Assembly: GCA_963662795.1 (NCBI GenBank)
Contig: OY759746.1
Coordinates: 2,208,001-2,272,000, forward strand
Origin: Spirochaetia bacterium
GTDB lineage: Bacteria > Spirochaetota > Spirochaetia > CADAEX01
Direction: 5' to 3'
Length of the DNA stretch: 64,000 bases
The position numbers and the translations under genes are program-made. Under the pieces are notes generated by a model. It saw nothing but the letters and a program-made list of their open reading frames with translations. It had not been told where the DNA came from and made no database searches. Below, piece by piece: positions 1 to 9,216 of this stretch. The first letter of the stretch is position 1. Every line of letters starts with the position of its first letter.

Positions 1-2
1 GG

Positions 3-599
3 GAAAACGCCCATGATCCTGATATCGTAATGAAGTTTCCGATGATTGTACTAACCATGTTTTGTATTGTACTGGGTGTATATCCTATCCTTGTTTCACC
101 ATTTCTTGATAAAGCGGTACGTGCATGGATTCCTTCCATGGTTTTCCCCGCAACTATTCCTGAGCTGGTTCCGCAGATGTGGATTACCTGGATAAGTGCA
201 GTCCTGCTGGTCCTTCTGGGGCTGGGTGGTTTCTGGTATTTTGTATCTGCAAAAAAACGGATTAATCCGGTTAAACACCTTACATGGGATTGCGGCTATG
301 GTAGGCCTTCGTCCAGAATGCAGTACACCGGAACATCCTTCGGACGGTCGGTTGTAAATCTTTTCTCTTTTGTGTTGCTGCCTCTTGCCGGCAGGGTGAA
401 AATCCGGGAATCTTTTCCTGAGCCTGTCCGATTTGATGCTTCAGTGCCTGATACTGTACTGGACCGTCTTGTGCTGCCCCTGTTTGCACTGGCAAATAAA
501 ATTCTGCCGAAAGTTTATGTATTTCAGCAGGGACAAACGTATTTATATGTCCTTTATGTGGTGATTATCACTGCTTTGCTGTTTTTAATAGGTATATAG
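3..599 (+). CDS. hyfB: Hydrogenase-4/Ehr membrane subunit B (HyfB-like), C-terminal part; gene starts before the window
   Basis: Hydrophobic protein with the TWDCGY...RMQYTGTSF motif typical of HyfB C-termini; frame is open back to the window edge; first gene of a hyfC/E/F/G/I-type operon. Confidence 0.8.
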   Translation, partial: ENAHDPDIVMKFPMIVLTMFCIVLGVYPILVSPFLDKAVRAWIPSMVFPATIPELVPQMWITWISAVLLVLLGLGGFWYFVSAKKRINPVKHLTWDCGYGRPSSRMQYTGTSFGRSVVNLFSFVLLPLAGRVKIRESFPEPVRFDASVPDTVLDRLVLPLFALANKILPKVYVFQQGQTYLYVLYVVIITALLFLIGI

Positions 600-609
600 G
601 GAGTCGTAA

Positions 610-1521
610 ATGATTATCATAATATTTCATCTTTTGTTTTTACTGCTGTTCCCTCCGTTCCTTTTGGGTGTTATCAGCAAGACTAAAGCCCTGTTCGCAG
701 GACGAGTCGGAACTCCATTATTTCAGTACTATTTCGATATCATAAAACTTATGAAAAAGGGGATGGTAATCAGTTCCACCACTACCTGGATATTCCGTGC
801 GGGGCCGATTATAAGTTTTGTTGTACCTGTTATGGCAGGATTATTAATGCCGATGGGAAATATTCCTGCCATCATCTCCTTTCCTGGGGATTTTCTCCTT
901 TTTGCATATCTGTTTGCCCTTTCACGGTTTTTTACAACAGCTGCCGCGCTTGATACAGGTTCCGCTTTTGAAGGAATGGGCTCAGCCCGGGAAGTTACCT
1001 TTGCAGTTTTAACCGAACCGGCCCTGTTCTTTTCCTTCCTGGTTCTTGCCCGTCTTTCCGGATCTCTCTCGTTAAGCGGTATGCTGTCTCTAAGCGTCAA
1101 GCATCTTTTTGCAATCGGCAACGCGGCTCCGCTGCTGCTGACATTCGTAGGGCTGTTCATAGTGCTTTTGGCTGAAAACAGCCGTATACCGGTTGATGAT
1201 CCGAATACACACCTGGAACTCACAATGATTCATGAGGTGATGGTACTGGACCACAGCGGACCGCTTCTCGGTCTGATCGAGTATGGTTCAGCTGTAAAGC
1301 TTTTTGTCCTTGGGTCTTTTTTACTTAACGTCATCCTGCCTTACCGCGTTATGCCGGTTTGGATGGGCGGACTTGTGTGGATCTGCGGGATTCTGCTGTT
1401 ATCGGTTGCTATCGGGGTTATTGAATCCATTATGGCGAGACTCCGTATGCCACGGGTTCCTGCTCTGCTGATTGCGGCGATCCTGCTTTGCGGATCGGCT
1501 TTTATTATGCTGGTGAGGTAA
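610..1521 (+). CDS. hyfC: Hydrogenase-4 subunit C / NuoH-like membrane subunit
   Basis: Motifs GRVGTPLFQYYFDIIKL, GSAFEGMGSARE, ENSRIPVDDPNTHLELTMIHE. Confidence 0.9.
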   Translation: MIIIIFHLLFLLLFPPFLLGVISKTKALFAGRVGTPLFQYYFDIIKLMKKGMVISSTTTWIFRAGPIISFVVPVMAGLLMPMGNIPAIISFPGDFLLFAYLFALSRFFTTAAALDTGSAFEGMGSAREVTFAVLTEPALFFSFLVLARLSGSLSLSGMLSLSVKHLFAIGNAAPLLLTFVGLFIVLLAENSRIPVDDPNTHLELTMIHEVMVLDHSGPLLGLIEYGSAVKLFVLGSFLLNVILPYRVMPVWMGGLVWICGILLLSVAIGVIESIMARLRMPRVPALLIAAILLCGSAFIMLVR

Positions 1522-1524
1522 AAA

Positions 1525-2166
1525 ATGATTGATATTCTGAATTCTTTATTCGTCTTTGTGCTGATATTAAATCTTTTTGCACTGGGTAACGGGCGTATAC
1601 TTTCTGTAATCAGAATAGTAGCAGTTCAGGGGATCATTCTTGGAATTATACCGCTGCTTATGCACCGGTATGTAACAATTCCGGAAGCAGTTTCTTCGTT
1701 GTCTGCTGTTTCACTGAAGGGTTTTATTATCCCTGCCATGATGACCAAAGCACTGCGTGATGTGCGCATCAAGAGGGAGGTGGAACCTCTCCTGGGTTTA
1801 CTGCCGTCCACTATTCTCGGGGCGTTGGTCATCGGTGTGACTTTTCTGGCTTTTGCCAATACAAATCCGGTCGGACAGGATGGAATATCACTGATTATTC
1901 CCACTTCTATTTCAACAGTTATAGCAGGTTTTATACTGCTTACCACCAGGTTTAAAGCACTTTCACAGGTCCTGGGATATCTGATTCTTGAAAACGGTAT
2001 ATATATTTTCAGCCTTCTGCTGGTTGATGCCATTCCGCTGGTTGTTGAAATGGGAATGCTGCTTGACCTGTTTGTCAGCGTTTTTATTGTATCAATTATA
2101 ACCAATCACATTAATCGCGCATTTTCATCGCTGGACACCCGCAAGCTTGCGGCGCTTAAGGAGTAA
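1525..2166 (+). CDS. hyfE: Hydrogenase-4 subunit E-like membrane protein
   Basis: Multi-TM protein with QVLGYLILENGI and PLVVEMGMLLD; lies between hyfC and hyfF. Confidence 0.85.
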   Translation: MIDILNSLFVFVLILNLFALGNGRILSVIRIVAVQGIILGIIPLLMHRYVTIPEAVSSLSAVSLKGFIIPAMMTKALRDVRIKREVEPLLGLLPSTILGALVIGVTFLAFANTNPVGQDGISLIIPTSISTVIAGFILLTTRFKALSQVLGYLILENGIYIFSLLLVDAIPLVVEMGMLLDLFVSVFIVSIITNHINRAFSSLDTRKLAALKE

Positions 2167-2170
2167 CCCC

Positions 2171-3604
2171 ATGGCAGCAATACTTATCCTTTTCCCCATA
2201 GCTGTGGCGTGTATTGCCATGATTTTTCCCTGGAACCGCATCCGGCCGGTTCTGTTACCCTTATCAGGAGTTGTCCATACGGCAGTTACTGTGATTGTTA
2301 TGCTTCATCCTGAATACAGAATTTATAATTCATGGTTTACTCTGGATCCACTGGCAGCATTAATACTTCTTACGGTTTCGGTGCTGTATCTGTTCTCATC
2401 TTTTTATGCTGTCGGGTATCTCCAATTCCGTCAGGAACGGTCAAACAGGGTCTTTACAGCAAGCTTTTCCGCTTTTTTGGGACTTATCAGTATGGCAATC
2501 TGGGCGCATCACCTGGGTCTTATGTGGGTTGCCATTGAAGGTACAACCCTGGTTACCGCACCTCTTATCTATTTTAATCATTCACCGAGAAGTATTGAAG
2601 CAACCTGGAAATATCTGCTGGTCGGGTCAGTCGGTATTGCACTTGCCCTGCTGGGAACATTATTTCTTGCATACGCTTCAGTTCAGGGAGGCAGGGAAGC
2701 AACTCTTGATTTGACAGCTCTGGTTGCCAATGCCTCTTTTATGTCTCCGATGTGGCTTCGTTCAGCTTTCATTCTTCTTCTTGTAGGTTACGGGACAAAA
2801 ATGGGTCTTGCACCGATGCATACCTGGAAGCCTGATGCATACGGAGAAGCTCCTGGTGTTGTCGGTGTAATTTTTGCCGGAGGAGTAACCAGCGGCGCTT
2901 TTCTGGCACTTTTGAGGATTTATCAGATTACAAATGCCGCAGGCCTTGAGCAGTTTACTTCCCGTCTGATGATCTTTATGGGGCTCTTTTCCATGGCCAC
3001 AGCAGGTGTTTTCATGATAAACCAGCGTGACTTTAAAAGAATGCTTGCATACTCCAGTGTGGAACACATGGGTATACTTATTCTCGGAGTGGGAATAGGG
3101 GGAATTGCTCTCTGGGGCGCTCTGCTTCATGTGCTGATGAATGCCATGACCAAAGGCCTTCTTTTCCTTTCGGCAGGGAATATTCACAGGGCTTTCAGGT
3201 TTAAGAGTACTGATTCAGTACACGGTGCCTTCCGCCGGCTTCCTCTTTCAGCGTCACTGTTTATTATCGGATTTCTGGCTATAACAGGATCACCGCCGTT
3301 CGGTCCCTTTATAAGTGAATTTTCGATATTGAACGGCGCTTTTCTCTCCGGCCGGTTTGTAAGCGGTTCTCTTTTTCTGTTTTTTCTCCTGGTTGTGTTC
3401 ATTGGAATGGGTATCACAGTTCTTAAGGTTGTACAGGGAAGACCCCCCGGGGATGTTAATGTATCTCCTTATCATGAAGATGTTTTAACGACACTTCCTG
3501 CACTTTGCTTTATGGTGATTGTACTTCTTCTGGGTGTCTATATTCCTCCGTTCCTGAGAGAAATGCTTGACCAGGCGGTTAATTTTCTGGGGAATCAGCT
3601 ATGA
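2171..3604 (+). CDS. hyfF: Hydrogenase-4 subunit F, proton-translocating antiporter-like subunit
   Basis: WVAIEGTT, EATWKY, GYGTKMGLAPMHTWKPDAYGEAP, KRMLAYSSVEHMG; ATG at 2171 follows AAGGAG. Confidence 0.9.
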   Translation: MAAILILFPIAVACIAMIFPWNRIRPVLLPLSGVVHTAVTVIVMLHPEYRIYNSWFTLDPLAALILLTVSVLYLFSSFYAVGYLQFRQERSNRVFTASFSAFLGLISMAIWAHHLGLMWVAIEGTTLVTAPLIYFNHSPRSIEATWKYLLVGSVGIALALLGTLFLAYASVQGGREATLDLTALVANASFMSPMWLRSAFILLLVGYGTKMGLAPMHTWKPDAYGEAPGVVGVIFAGGVTSGAFLALLRIYQITNAAGLEQFTSRLMIFMGLFSMATAGVFMINQRDFKRMLAYSSVEHMGILILGVGIGGIALWGALLHVLMNAMTKGLLFLSAGNIHRAFRFKSTDSVHGAFRRLPLSASLFIIGFLAITGSPPFGPFISEFSILNGAFLSGRFVSGSLFLFFLLVVFIGMGITVLKVVQGRPPGDVNVSPYHEDVLTTLPALCFMVIVLLLGVYIPPFLREMLDQAVNFLGNQL

Positions 3605-5112
3605 AAACTATAATCAATGGTAAATCAATACCGCTTTCAACAATTCCTGTAAGGGAGTTTGCTGATTTTTCAAACACAATAATCAGGAACGTCGCTGCCG
3701 GTAAACGTGTCAGCACCTATTTCGGTGTTCCGGGTGAAGACAGGAAACGAGTCGAAGTCTTTGTTATTCTGGCTGATGACAGCAGGAATCTGCTCGAAGT
3801 CGGACGTTCAGTCATCGAGGGGGATTCGTTCAACTCCATCACCCCCCGGTGTCCTCAGGTTCACCTGTTCGAACGGGAAATTTCTGAACAGTTCGGTCTG
3901 AAAGCACTGGGGCATCCCTGGTTCAAGCCTGTCCGTTATATTCATTCCTGGACAGAAAAGGATGCCTGGGACCGTCCTTCTGACGATGTAATACTTCCGG
4001 CTGTCGGGGATTTTTACCGGGTTGAAGGTGAACAGATTCATGAGGTTGCTGTCGGACCCGTGCATGCGGGTGTTATTGAGCCGGGTCATTTCAGGTTTCA
4101 GTGTTACGGTGAAGAAGTTTATCACCTGGAAATTGCACTGGGCTTTCAGCACAGGGGTGTTGAGAGAGCTCTGAAGGGCGGACCTGATCCGGGAACTCTG
4201 CACTATATTGAAACCCTGGCCGGCGATACTACCATAGGTCATACCATAAGCTATTCTCAGGTAGTGGAAGCTCTTTCCCGGACACAGATTACAGCCAGGG
4301 CTCAGGCATTAAGGGGTATTGCACTTGAACTTGAGAGGCTTGCCAACCATATCGGAGACCTCGGAGCACTTTCCGGAGATGTCGGTTACCTGCCTACTTC
4401 CAGTTTCTGTGGCCGTATCAGGGGCGAACTTCTGAATATGACGGCTGCTTTATGCGGAAACCGCTTCGGCAGGGGGATGACCCGCCCGGGCGGGGCAGGA
4501 TTTGATGCTGAATCTGAACGGATTACAGAACTACTGCAAAGACTTGATGTTAATGAAAAGGATTCCCGTGATGCGATAAATCTGCTCTGGGATAATCAGT
4601 CAGTCATGGCCAGATTTGAAGATACCGGACCCCTTTCCAGAGAAAAAGCCATCGAATTGGGAATTGTAGGTCCTCCGGCCCGTGCGACAGGACTCAACCG
4701 GGATGTCAGGTACACACAACCGTCAGGAATTTTCAGTTTTGTTCAGATTCCTGTATCGACATACGATTCCGGTGATGTATTTGCCCGTGCATACGTAAGG
4801 TGGCTGGAAATTCAGCAATCATTCGCTTTTATCCGTGATCAGCTTACCCGTCTTCCCTCTGGTCCTGTAATGACAGATGTTGGACAGCTTGCTCCGGACA
4901 GTCTGGCGGTATCCCTGATCGAAGGATGGCGGGGTGAAATTTGTCAGGTTGGAATTACAAATGGTGAGGGTTTGTTTGCCAGGTATAAGGTAACTGATCC
5001 CTCTTTCCATAACTGGATAGCCCTTGCCCAGGTATTAAGAAATCAGGAAATTTCAGACTTTCCCCTGTGCAACAAGAGTTTCAATCTGTCCTATTGCGGA
5101 CATGATCTGTAA
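3601..5112 (+). CDS. HyfG/HycE-like large subunit (NuoC+NuoD fold) lacking [NiFe]-binding CxxC motifs (Ehr large subunit)
   Basis: VGPVHAGVIEPGHFRF, LELERLANH, EGWRGEI, DPSFHNW; ETLAGDTTIGH stands in place of RxCGxC, and the C-terminus NKSFNLSYCGHDL in place of DPCxxC. Confidence 0.88.
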   Translation: MKTIINGKSIPLSTIPVREFADFSNTIIRNVAAGKRVSTYFGVPGEDRKRVEVFVILADDSRNLLEVGRSVIEGDSFNSITPRCPQVHLFEREISEQFGLKALGHPWFKPVRYIHSWTEKDAWDRPSDDVILPAVGDFYRVEGEQIHEVAVGPVHAGVIEPGHFRFQCYGEEVYHLEIALGFQHRGVERALKGGPDPGTLHYIETLAGDTTIGHTISYSQVVEALSRTQITARAQALRGIALELERLANHIGDLGALSGDVGYLPTSSFCGRIRGELLNMTAALCGNRFGRGMTRPGGAGFDAESERITELLQRLDVNEKDSRDAINLLWDNQSVMARFEDTGPLSREKAIELGIVGPPARATGLNRDVRYTQPSGIFSFVQIPVSTYDSGDVFARAYVRWLEIQQSFAFIRDQLTRLPSGPVMTDVGQLAPDSLAVSLIEGWRGEICQVGITNGEGLFARYKVTDPSFHNWIALAQVLRNQEISDFPLCNKSFNLSYCGHDL

Positions 5113-5127
5113 AATAAGGAATAAACT

Positions 5128-5901
5128 ATGTACAAAGAAATACTGACCAGGATAAAACAGGGGCACAGGACAATCAAATTTCCTCATGGAAATACACCTG
5201 TCCTTCCGGACCGTTACCGTGGGCTACCCCGTATATCAGCAGAAAAGTGCCCTGCACTATGCAGTAAATGTTCCGAAGCATGCAGTACCGGAGCTATCGA
5301 TCCGGAAACTAAAATCATTGATATGGGAAAATGTCTTTTTTGTACCGACTGCATACAGGCCTGTCCCGCGGCTGCAATCGAGTTTACCAGGGATTACCGA
5401 CTGTCTGTCAGGAAGAGGGTGGATTTGTTTGTTGGGCCGGATGAAGAAGAAATTGAACTTACCGGTGAGCTTGACAGAAAAATGAAAAATCTTTTCAGGC
5501 GGTCATTGAAATTGCGGGTGGTGAGCGCCGGAGGTTGTAATGCATGTGAAGCTGACGTGAATGTATTAAATACCATCGGCTGGGATCTCGGCCGCTTCGG
5601 GATCAGCTATGTTGCTTCTCCCAGACATGCAGACGGTATTATTGTTACAGGTCCTGTTACAAAGAATATGGAACTGGCTTTGAAAAAAACCTATGATGCC
5701 GTACCAGACCCGAAAATTGTTATAGCTGTCGGCGCCTGCGCAATTGCGGGAGGACCGTATGCAGGACACCCTGAGGTTTTAGGCGGTGCTGATGTCATGA
5801 TACCGGTAGATCTTTATATACCAGGATGTCCACCGCATCCACTTACAATTCTCGACGGTCTTCTGCGGCTTCTTGGAAGGATCAGAACGGAAAAGGGATG
5901 A
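5128..5901 (+). CDS. Fused 4Fe-4S ferredoxin + NuoB/HyfI-like small subunit (Ehr small subunit)
   Basis: CxxxCxxCxxxC and CLFCTDCIQACP clusters, then SAGGCNACE, SPRHAD, GACAIAGG, PGCPPHP. Confidence 0.88.
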   Translation: MYKEILTRIKQGHRTIKFPHGNTPVLPDRYRGLPRISAEKCPALCSKCSEACSTGAIDPETKIIDMGKCLFCTDCIQACPAAAIEFTRDYRLSVRKRVDLFVGPDEEEIELTGELDRKMKNLFRRSLKLRVVSAGGCNACEADVNVLNTIGWDLGRFGISYVASPRHADGIIVTGPVTKNMELALKKTYDAVPDPKIVIAVGACAIAGGPYAGHPEVLGGADVMIPVDLYIPGCPPHPLTILDGLLRLLGRIRTEKG

Positions 5902-5995
5902 TAAAAAAACTTCCCTGATGGAGTCTTTTTAGTCAAGGCGTGTTAGCCCTCTGCCCTTGCGGCTCCCACAAATTTAAACTTTCCAGGTCCGGACG

Positions 5996-6024
5996 CAAAA
6001 AAAAGACTCCCTTTCGGAAGTCTT
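5996..6024 (-). terminator. Probable intrinsic terminator of the tRNA operon
   Basis: Hairpin aagactcc-cttt-cggaagtctt preceded on + by an A-run (U-tract on -), just 3' of tRNA-Arg. Confidence 0.6.
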
Positions 6025-6026
6025 AT

Positions 6027-6100
6027 TACGTCCAAGAGGATTCGAACCTCTGACCCTCGCCTTAGAAGGGCGATGCTCTATCCAGCTGAGCTATGGACGC
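6027..6100 (-). tRNA. tRNA-Arg(TCT)
   Basis: Reverse complement GCGTCCATAGCTCAGCTGGATAGAGCATCGCCCT-TCT-AAGGCGAGGGTCAGAGGTTCGAATCCTCTTGGACGTA folds as a cloverleaf; CCA not encoded. Confidence 0.95.
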
Positions 6101-6105
6101 GCGAG

Positions 6106-6178
6106 TCGGGATAGAAGGACTCGAACCTTCGGTCTCCTGCTCCCAAAGCAGGCGCCTTAGCCACTAGGCTACATCCCG
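6106..6178 (-). tRNA. tRNA-Pro(TGG)
   Basis: Reverse complement CGGGATGTAGCCTAGTGGCTAAGGCGCCTGCTT-TGG-GAGCAGGAGACCGAAGGTTCGAGTCCTTCTATCCCGA folds as a cloverleaf. Confidence 0.95.
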
Positions 6179-6190
6179 AAAATCTGGTGA

Positions 6191-6219
6191 ATTATACTGT
6201 TATCACTTTACATGGTCAA
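6191..6219 (-). promoter_or_regulatory. sigma70 promoter for the tRNA-Pro/tRNA-Arg operon
   Basis: On the - strand, TTGACC-N17-TATAAT just upstream of tRNA-Pro. Confidence 0.75.
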
Positions 6220-6241
6220 GATATGGATGCTACTTTTAACC

Positions 6242-6880
6242 ATGAAACAAGCTGATATCAGGCGCTTGTCGGATGAAATATTCACCCTTCTGGATTCCAA
6301 TTATCCGGATACAATAGAGTTTCTCCGCTACCACAGCAGCTTCGAACTTTTAATCTCGGTTATCCTTTCAGCGCAGACTACAGACCGGCAGGTGATGGAA
6401 GTAACCCCTGCGCTTTTCGGCAGGTATCCCGGTCCCCAGGAGCTTTCAGAAGGCAGTCTGGATGATATAATGGACATAATCAGGTCTACTGGGTTTTATA
6501 AGGTCAAGGCACAGAATATCAAAAAGACTGCCAAAATGCTTGTTCAGGATTTCAAAAGCACAGTTCCGGATACAATTGAAAAACTAATCCTTTTGCCGGG
6601 TGTAGGGAGGAAAAGCGCCAATGTGATTTTAGGTGCTGTATTCGGAAAACCTGCTGTAATAGTTGATACCCATTTCGCCCGGGTTGTAAAAAGGCTCGGC
6701 CTGACTGAACAAAAAGATCCCGATAAAATTGAGTATGATATTGCCTTGCTTATTGCAAAAGAAAAACAGTACAGGTTTTCCATGACAGTAAATCTTCACG
6801 GCAGGGAAGTATGCCATGCCCGAAAGCCATTATGCGGCAGCTGTTTTTTAAGCCGCCTCTGCAGAAGCGCTGTTCTTTGA
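6242..6880 (+). CDS. nth: Endonuclease III
   Basis: ILSAQTTD, LPGVGRKSANV, VDTH, C-terminal CxxxxxxCxxCxxxxxC Fe-S motif; start chosen at MKQAD. Confidence 0.93.
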   Translation: MKQADIRRLSDEIFTLLDSNYPDTIEFLRYHSSFELLISVILSAQTTDRQVMEVTPALFGRYPGPQELSEGSLDDIMDIIRSTGFYKVKAQNIKKTAKMLVQDFKSTVPDTIEKLILLPGVGRKSANVILGAVFGKPAVIVDTHFARVVKRLGLTEQKDPDKIEYDIALLIAKEKQYRFSMTVNLHGREVCHARKPLCGSCFLSRLCRSAVL

Positions 6881-6905
6881 TATAAATAAGACTGATTTTA
6901 CACGT

Positions 6906-7349
6906 CTATTCAGAAAGTATTTTCTCCCATTCGTCATCAGAAACACCTGACTCAGAAAGGTGTCTGTTGAAATATTCAGAGCAGTTTTTAAGCCGCATGG
7001 CTGTATCAATTGAAATAGCGTGTTCAATTTCGCATGCCGAGCTGTCTGATTCTGCTTTTGAAAGCCTGAGGACAGATTGAAGAAAATCCCTTATAATATC
7101 GTGCTTTTTTCTTACTGTCGCAGCAATTTTTTTCCCCTTATCCGTAAGAGAAATAAAGGAATTTTTTTCATAGTTGACAAGACCCCGCTCTTTGAGGTTT
7201 TTAAGTGCGGATGTAACAGATGACATTTGAACATTAAGCTTGGCGGCAATATCCTTAACCCTGGCGACCCTGTTTTTTGATTCGAGAAAGAGAATGGCCT
7301 CGAGGTAGTCCTCAAGGCTTGTTGACAGTTTGGCCTTGTTGCTTGTCAT
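6906..7349 (-). CDS. DtxR/MntR family metal-dependent transcriptional regulator
   Basis: SLEDYLEAI, ARVKDIA, SSVTSALKNL, ACEIEHAIS. Confidence 0.9.
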   Translation of the reverse strand: MTSNKAKLSTSLEDYLEAILFLESKNRVARVKDIAAKLNVQMSSVTSALKNLKERGLVNYEKNSFISLTDKGKKIAATVRKKHDIIRDFLQSVLRLSKAESDSSACEIEHAISIDTAMRLKNCSEYFNRHLSESGVSDDEWEKILSE

Positions 7350-7533
7350 AATAATATAAAAGTACATCAGGGTGAGCATATTTGCAACTAAGAAAAAAGA
7401 GATTCAGGAAGAACATATGGAAAAAATACTTGCAACTATCGCCCTGCAGATTTATGTTATATAATTATTGTGCTATATATAGTACAATTCTATTCGTATA
7501 ATTAAACCGTATATTAAAAAAGAAGGTGAAAAA

Positions 7534-9216
7534 TTGAATTCAAAGGAAAATCACAACTTTGAAAGTTTTGAAGAACTTAAATTACACTACATTAACAATC
7601 TCCCTCTTGATATTGGAAATATTTCCGATAAATTCGAAGTTTTATCTTCTTCCGGGATAAATAAAATAAATGCTGCAGAGCTAAGGACTGATATTCATAA
7701 GCTGGCCGGATCAGCCGGCAGTTTCGGTTTTAAGGAAATAAGCACAATACTTAAAAGGATTGATCAGTATTTAACAAAATATATTGAGAATGAAATATCT
7801 GATAATGATTTTGATAAGCAGTATGTAAAAGAAACAATTCAGGAAGTAAGGGAAAAACTTTCAGGATCCAGAAATCCGTCTGTTGTAAGAAACCTTCATT
7901 CTGTTACAACGCTCCCTGTAACTCATGGAAGGGTATTTGAAAAAATACCTGCCACATGGGATAAAAATCTGATTATATGCAATCCTGAAAAACAGAATTA
8001 TCTTGAAGAACTGAGAGGTAAACTCTCATATTTCGGATATAAGGTCGAATATTTTACAGATAAAGATGAAGCTGTGAAGCGCATTGAAAATGAGTCTATT
8101 TATCTTGCGCTTGTTGATGTTGACTGTCTTCAGAAAAATCCTGAATTGGGTGCCAGACTTGTTAAAATAAAGGAAAAAAGGGAATGCACAAAGTTAATCT
8201 ATACATCAGCCCATAATGATTTTTTGACCCGTCTTTTCGCGCTCAAGAGCGGGGGAGATGCTTTTTTTGAAAGCCCGATAAATATTATAAAGCTTGTTGA
8301 TAAAATTGAATTTTTTGCAGACAGCCGCAGGATAAAACCTGATCACATTCTTATTATTGATGACGATATGGATACCCTTTCCTACTATGCGCATCTTTTC
8401 CAGGAGTACGGAATGATAACTTCGGTTACTTCTGACCCCTATTCTGCTTTTGATCTGATAATAGAGGCTTCGCCTGACCTGGTTTTTATTGATATGCTGA
8501 TGCCGGGGTGCAACGGACTGGAACTCGCCTCTGTAATAAGGCAGCATGAGGAGTTTGTTTCAACTCCTATCATTCTTTATTCTGCGTTTGATAAGCCTGA
8601 TTTTATTGATACAGGAGTCCCTTTTTCCGGAGATGAATTTATCAATAAATCTGTGAATGATGAAATACTTGTAAACATTGTTACAAACAGGATCTACAGG
8701 TCAAAAAATCTAAGACATTTCATGGAAAGGGATTCTCTTACCGGGCTGCTTAATCATACAAATCTGAATGACGGCTTCTACAGGGAGCTCCTGCGGGCTG
8801 ACCGTATGCAGCTTCCGTTAAGTTACGCAATGATAGACCTTGATAATTTTAAATCTGTTAACGATAAATACGGACATCTTGTCGGAGACACAATACTAAA
8901 AAGTCTTGCGTATATGCTGATTGAAAGACTCAGAACTACTGATATTATTGGCCGTTACGGCGGGGAAGAGTTTGTTGTAATTCTTAATAACACTTCCGTG
9001 GAAAATGCAAAAAAAGTTCTGGATGGAATAAGGGTAAATTTTTCTAAAATATCTCACAGCACGAAAGACGAGCAGTTTAGTGTGACTTTCAGCTGCGGTA
9101 TAGCAGGCTATCCTGATTTTTCTCTTGCAGAAACTATCTCCGAAGCGGCAGATAAAGCCCTTTATACGGCTAAGAATCAGGGAAAGAACCGGGTTGTTAT
9201 CTATGGGGACAGTTAA
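7534..9216 (+). CDS. Response-regulated diguanylate cyclase (Hpt-REC-REC-GGDEF)
   Basis: IHKLAGSAGSFG (Hpt), IDDD...FIDMLMP (REC), DSLTGLLN, RTTD I-site and GRYGGEEF active site. Confidence 0.9.
   Translation: MNSKENHNFESFEELKLHYINNLPLDIGNISDKFEVLSSSGINKINAAELRTDIHKLAGSAGSFGFKEISTILKRIDQYLTKYIENEISDNDFDKQYVKETIQEVREKLSGSRNPSVVRNLHSVTTLPVTHGRVFEKIPATWDKNLIICNPEKQNYLEELRGKLSYFGYKVEYFTDKDEAVKRIENESIYLALVDVDCLQKNPELGARLVKIKEKRECTKLIYTSAHNDFLTRLFALKSGGDAFFESPINIIKLVDKIEFFADSRRIKPDHILIIDDDMDTLSYYAHLFQEYGMITSVTSDPYSAFDLIIEASPDLVFIDMLMPGCNGLELASVIRQHEEFVSTPIILYSAFDKPDFIDTGVPFSGDEFINKSVNDEILVNIVTNRIYRSKNLRHFMERDSLTGLLNHTNLNDGFYRELLRADRMQLPLSYAMIDLDNFKSVNDKYGHLVGDTILKSLAYMLIERLRTTDIIGRYGGEEFVVILNNTSVENAKKVLDGIRVNFSKISHSTKDEQFSVTFSCGIAGYPDFSLAETISEAADKALYTAKNQGKNRVVIYGDS

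Noticed and set aside
5903-6030. att-site duplication implying the Ehr operon is a tRNA-integrated island
   Set aside because: Only two similar terminator-like hairpins are seen; no duplicated tRNA 3' end and no integrase within the window.
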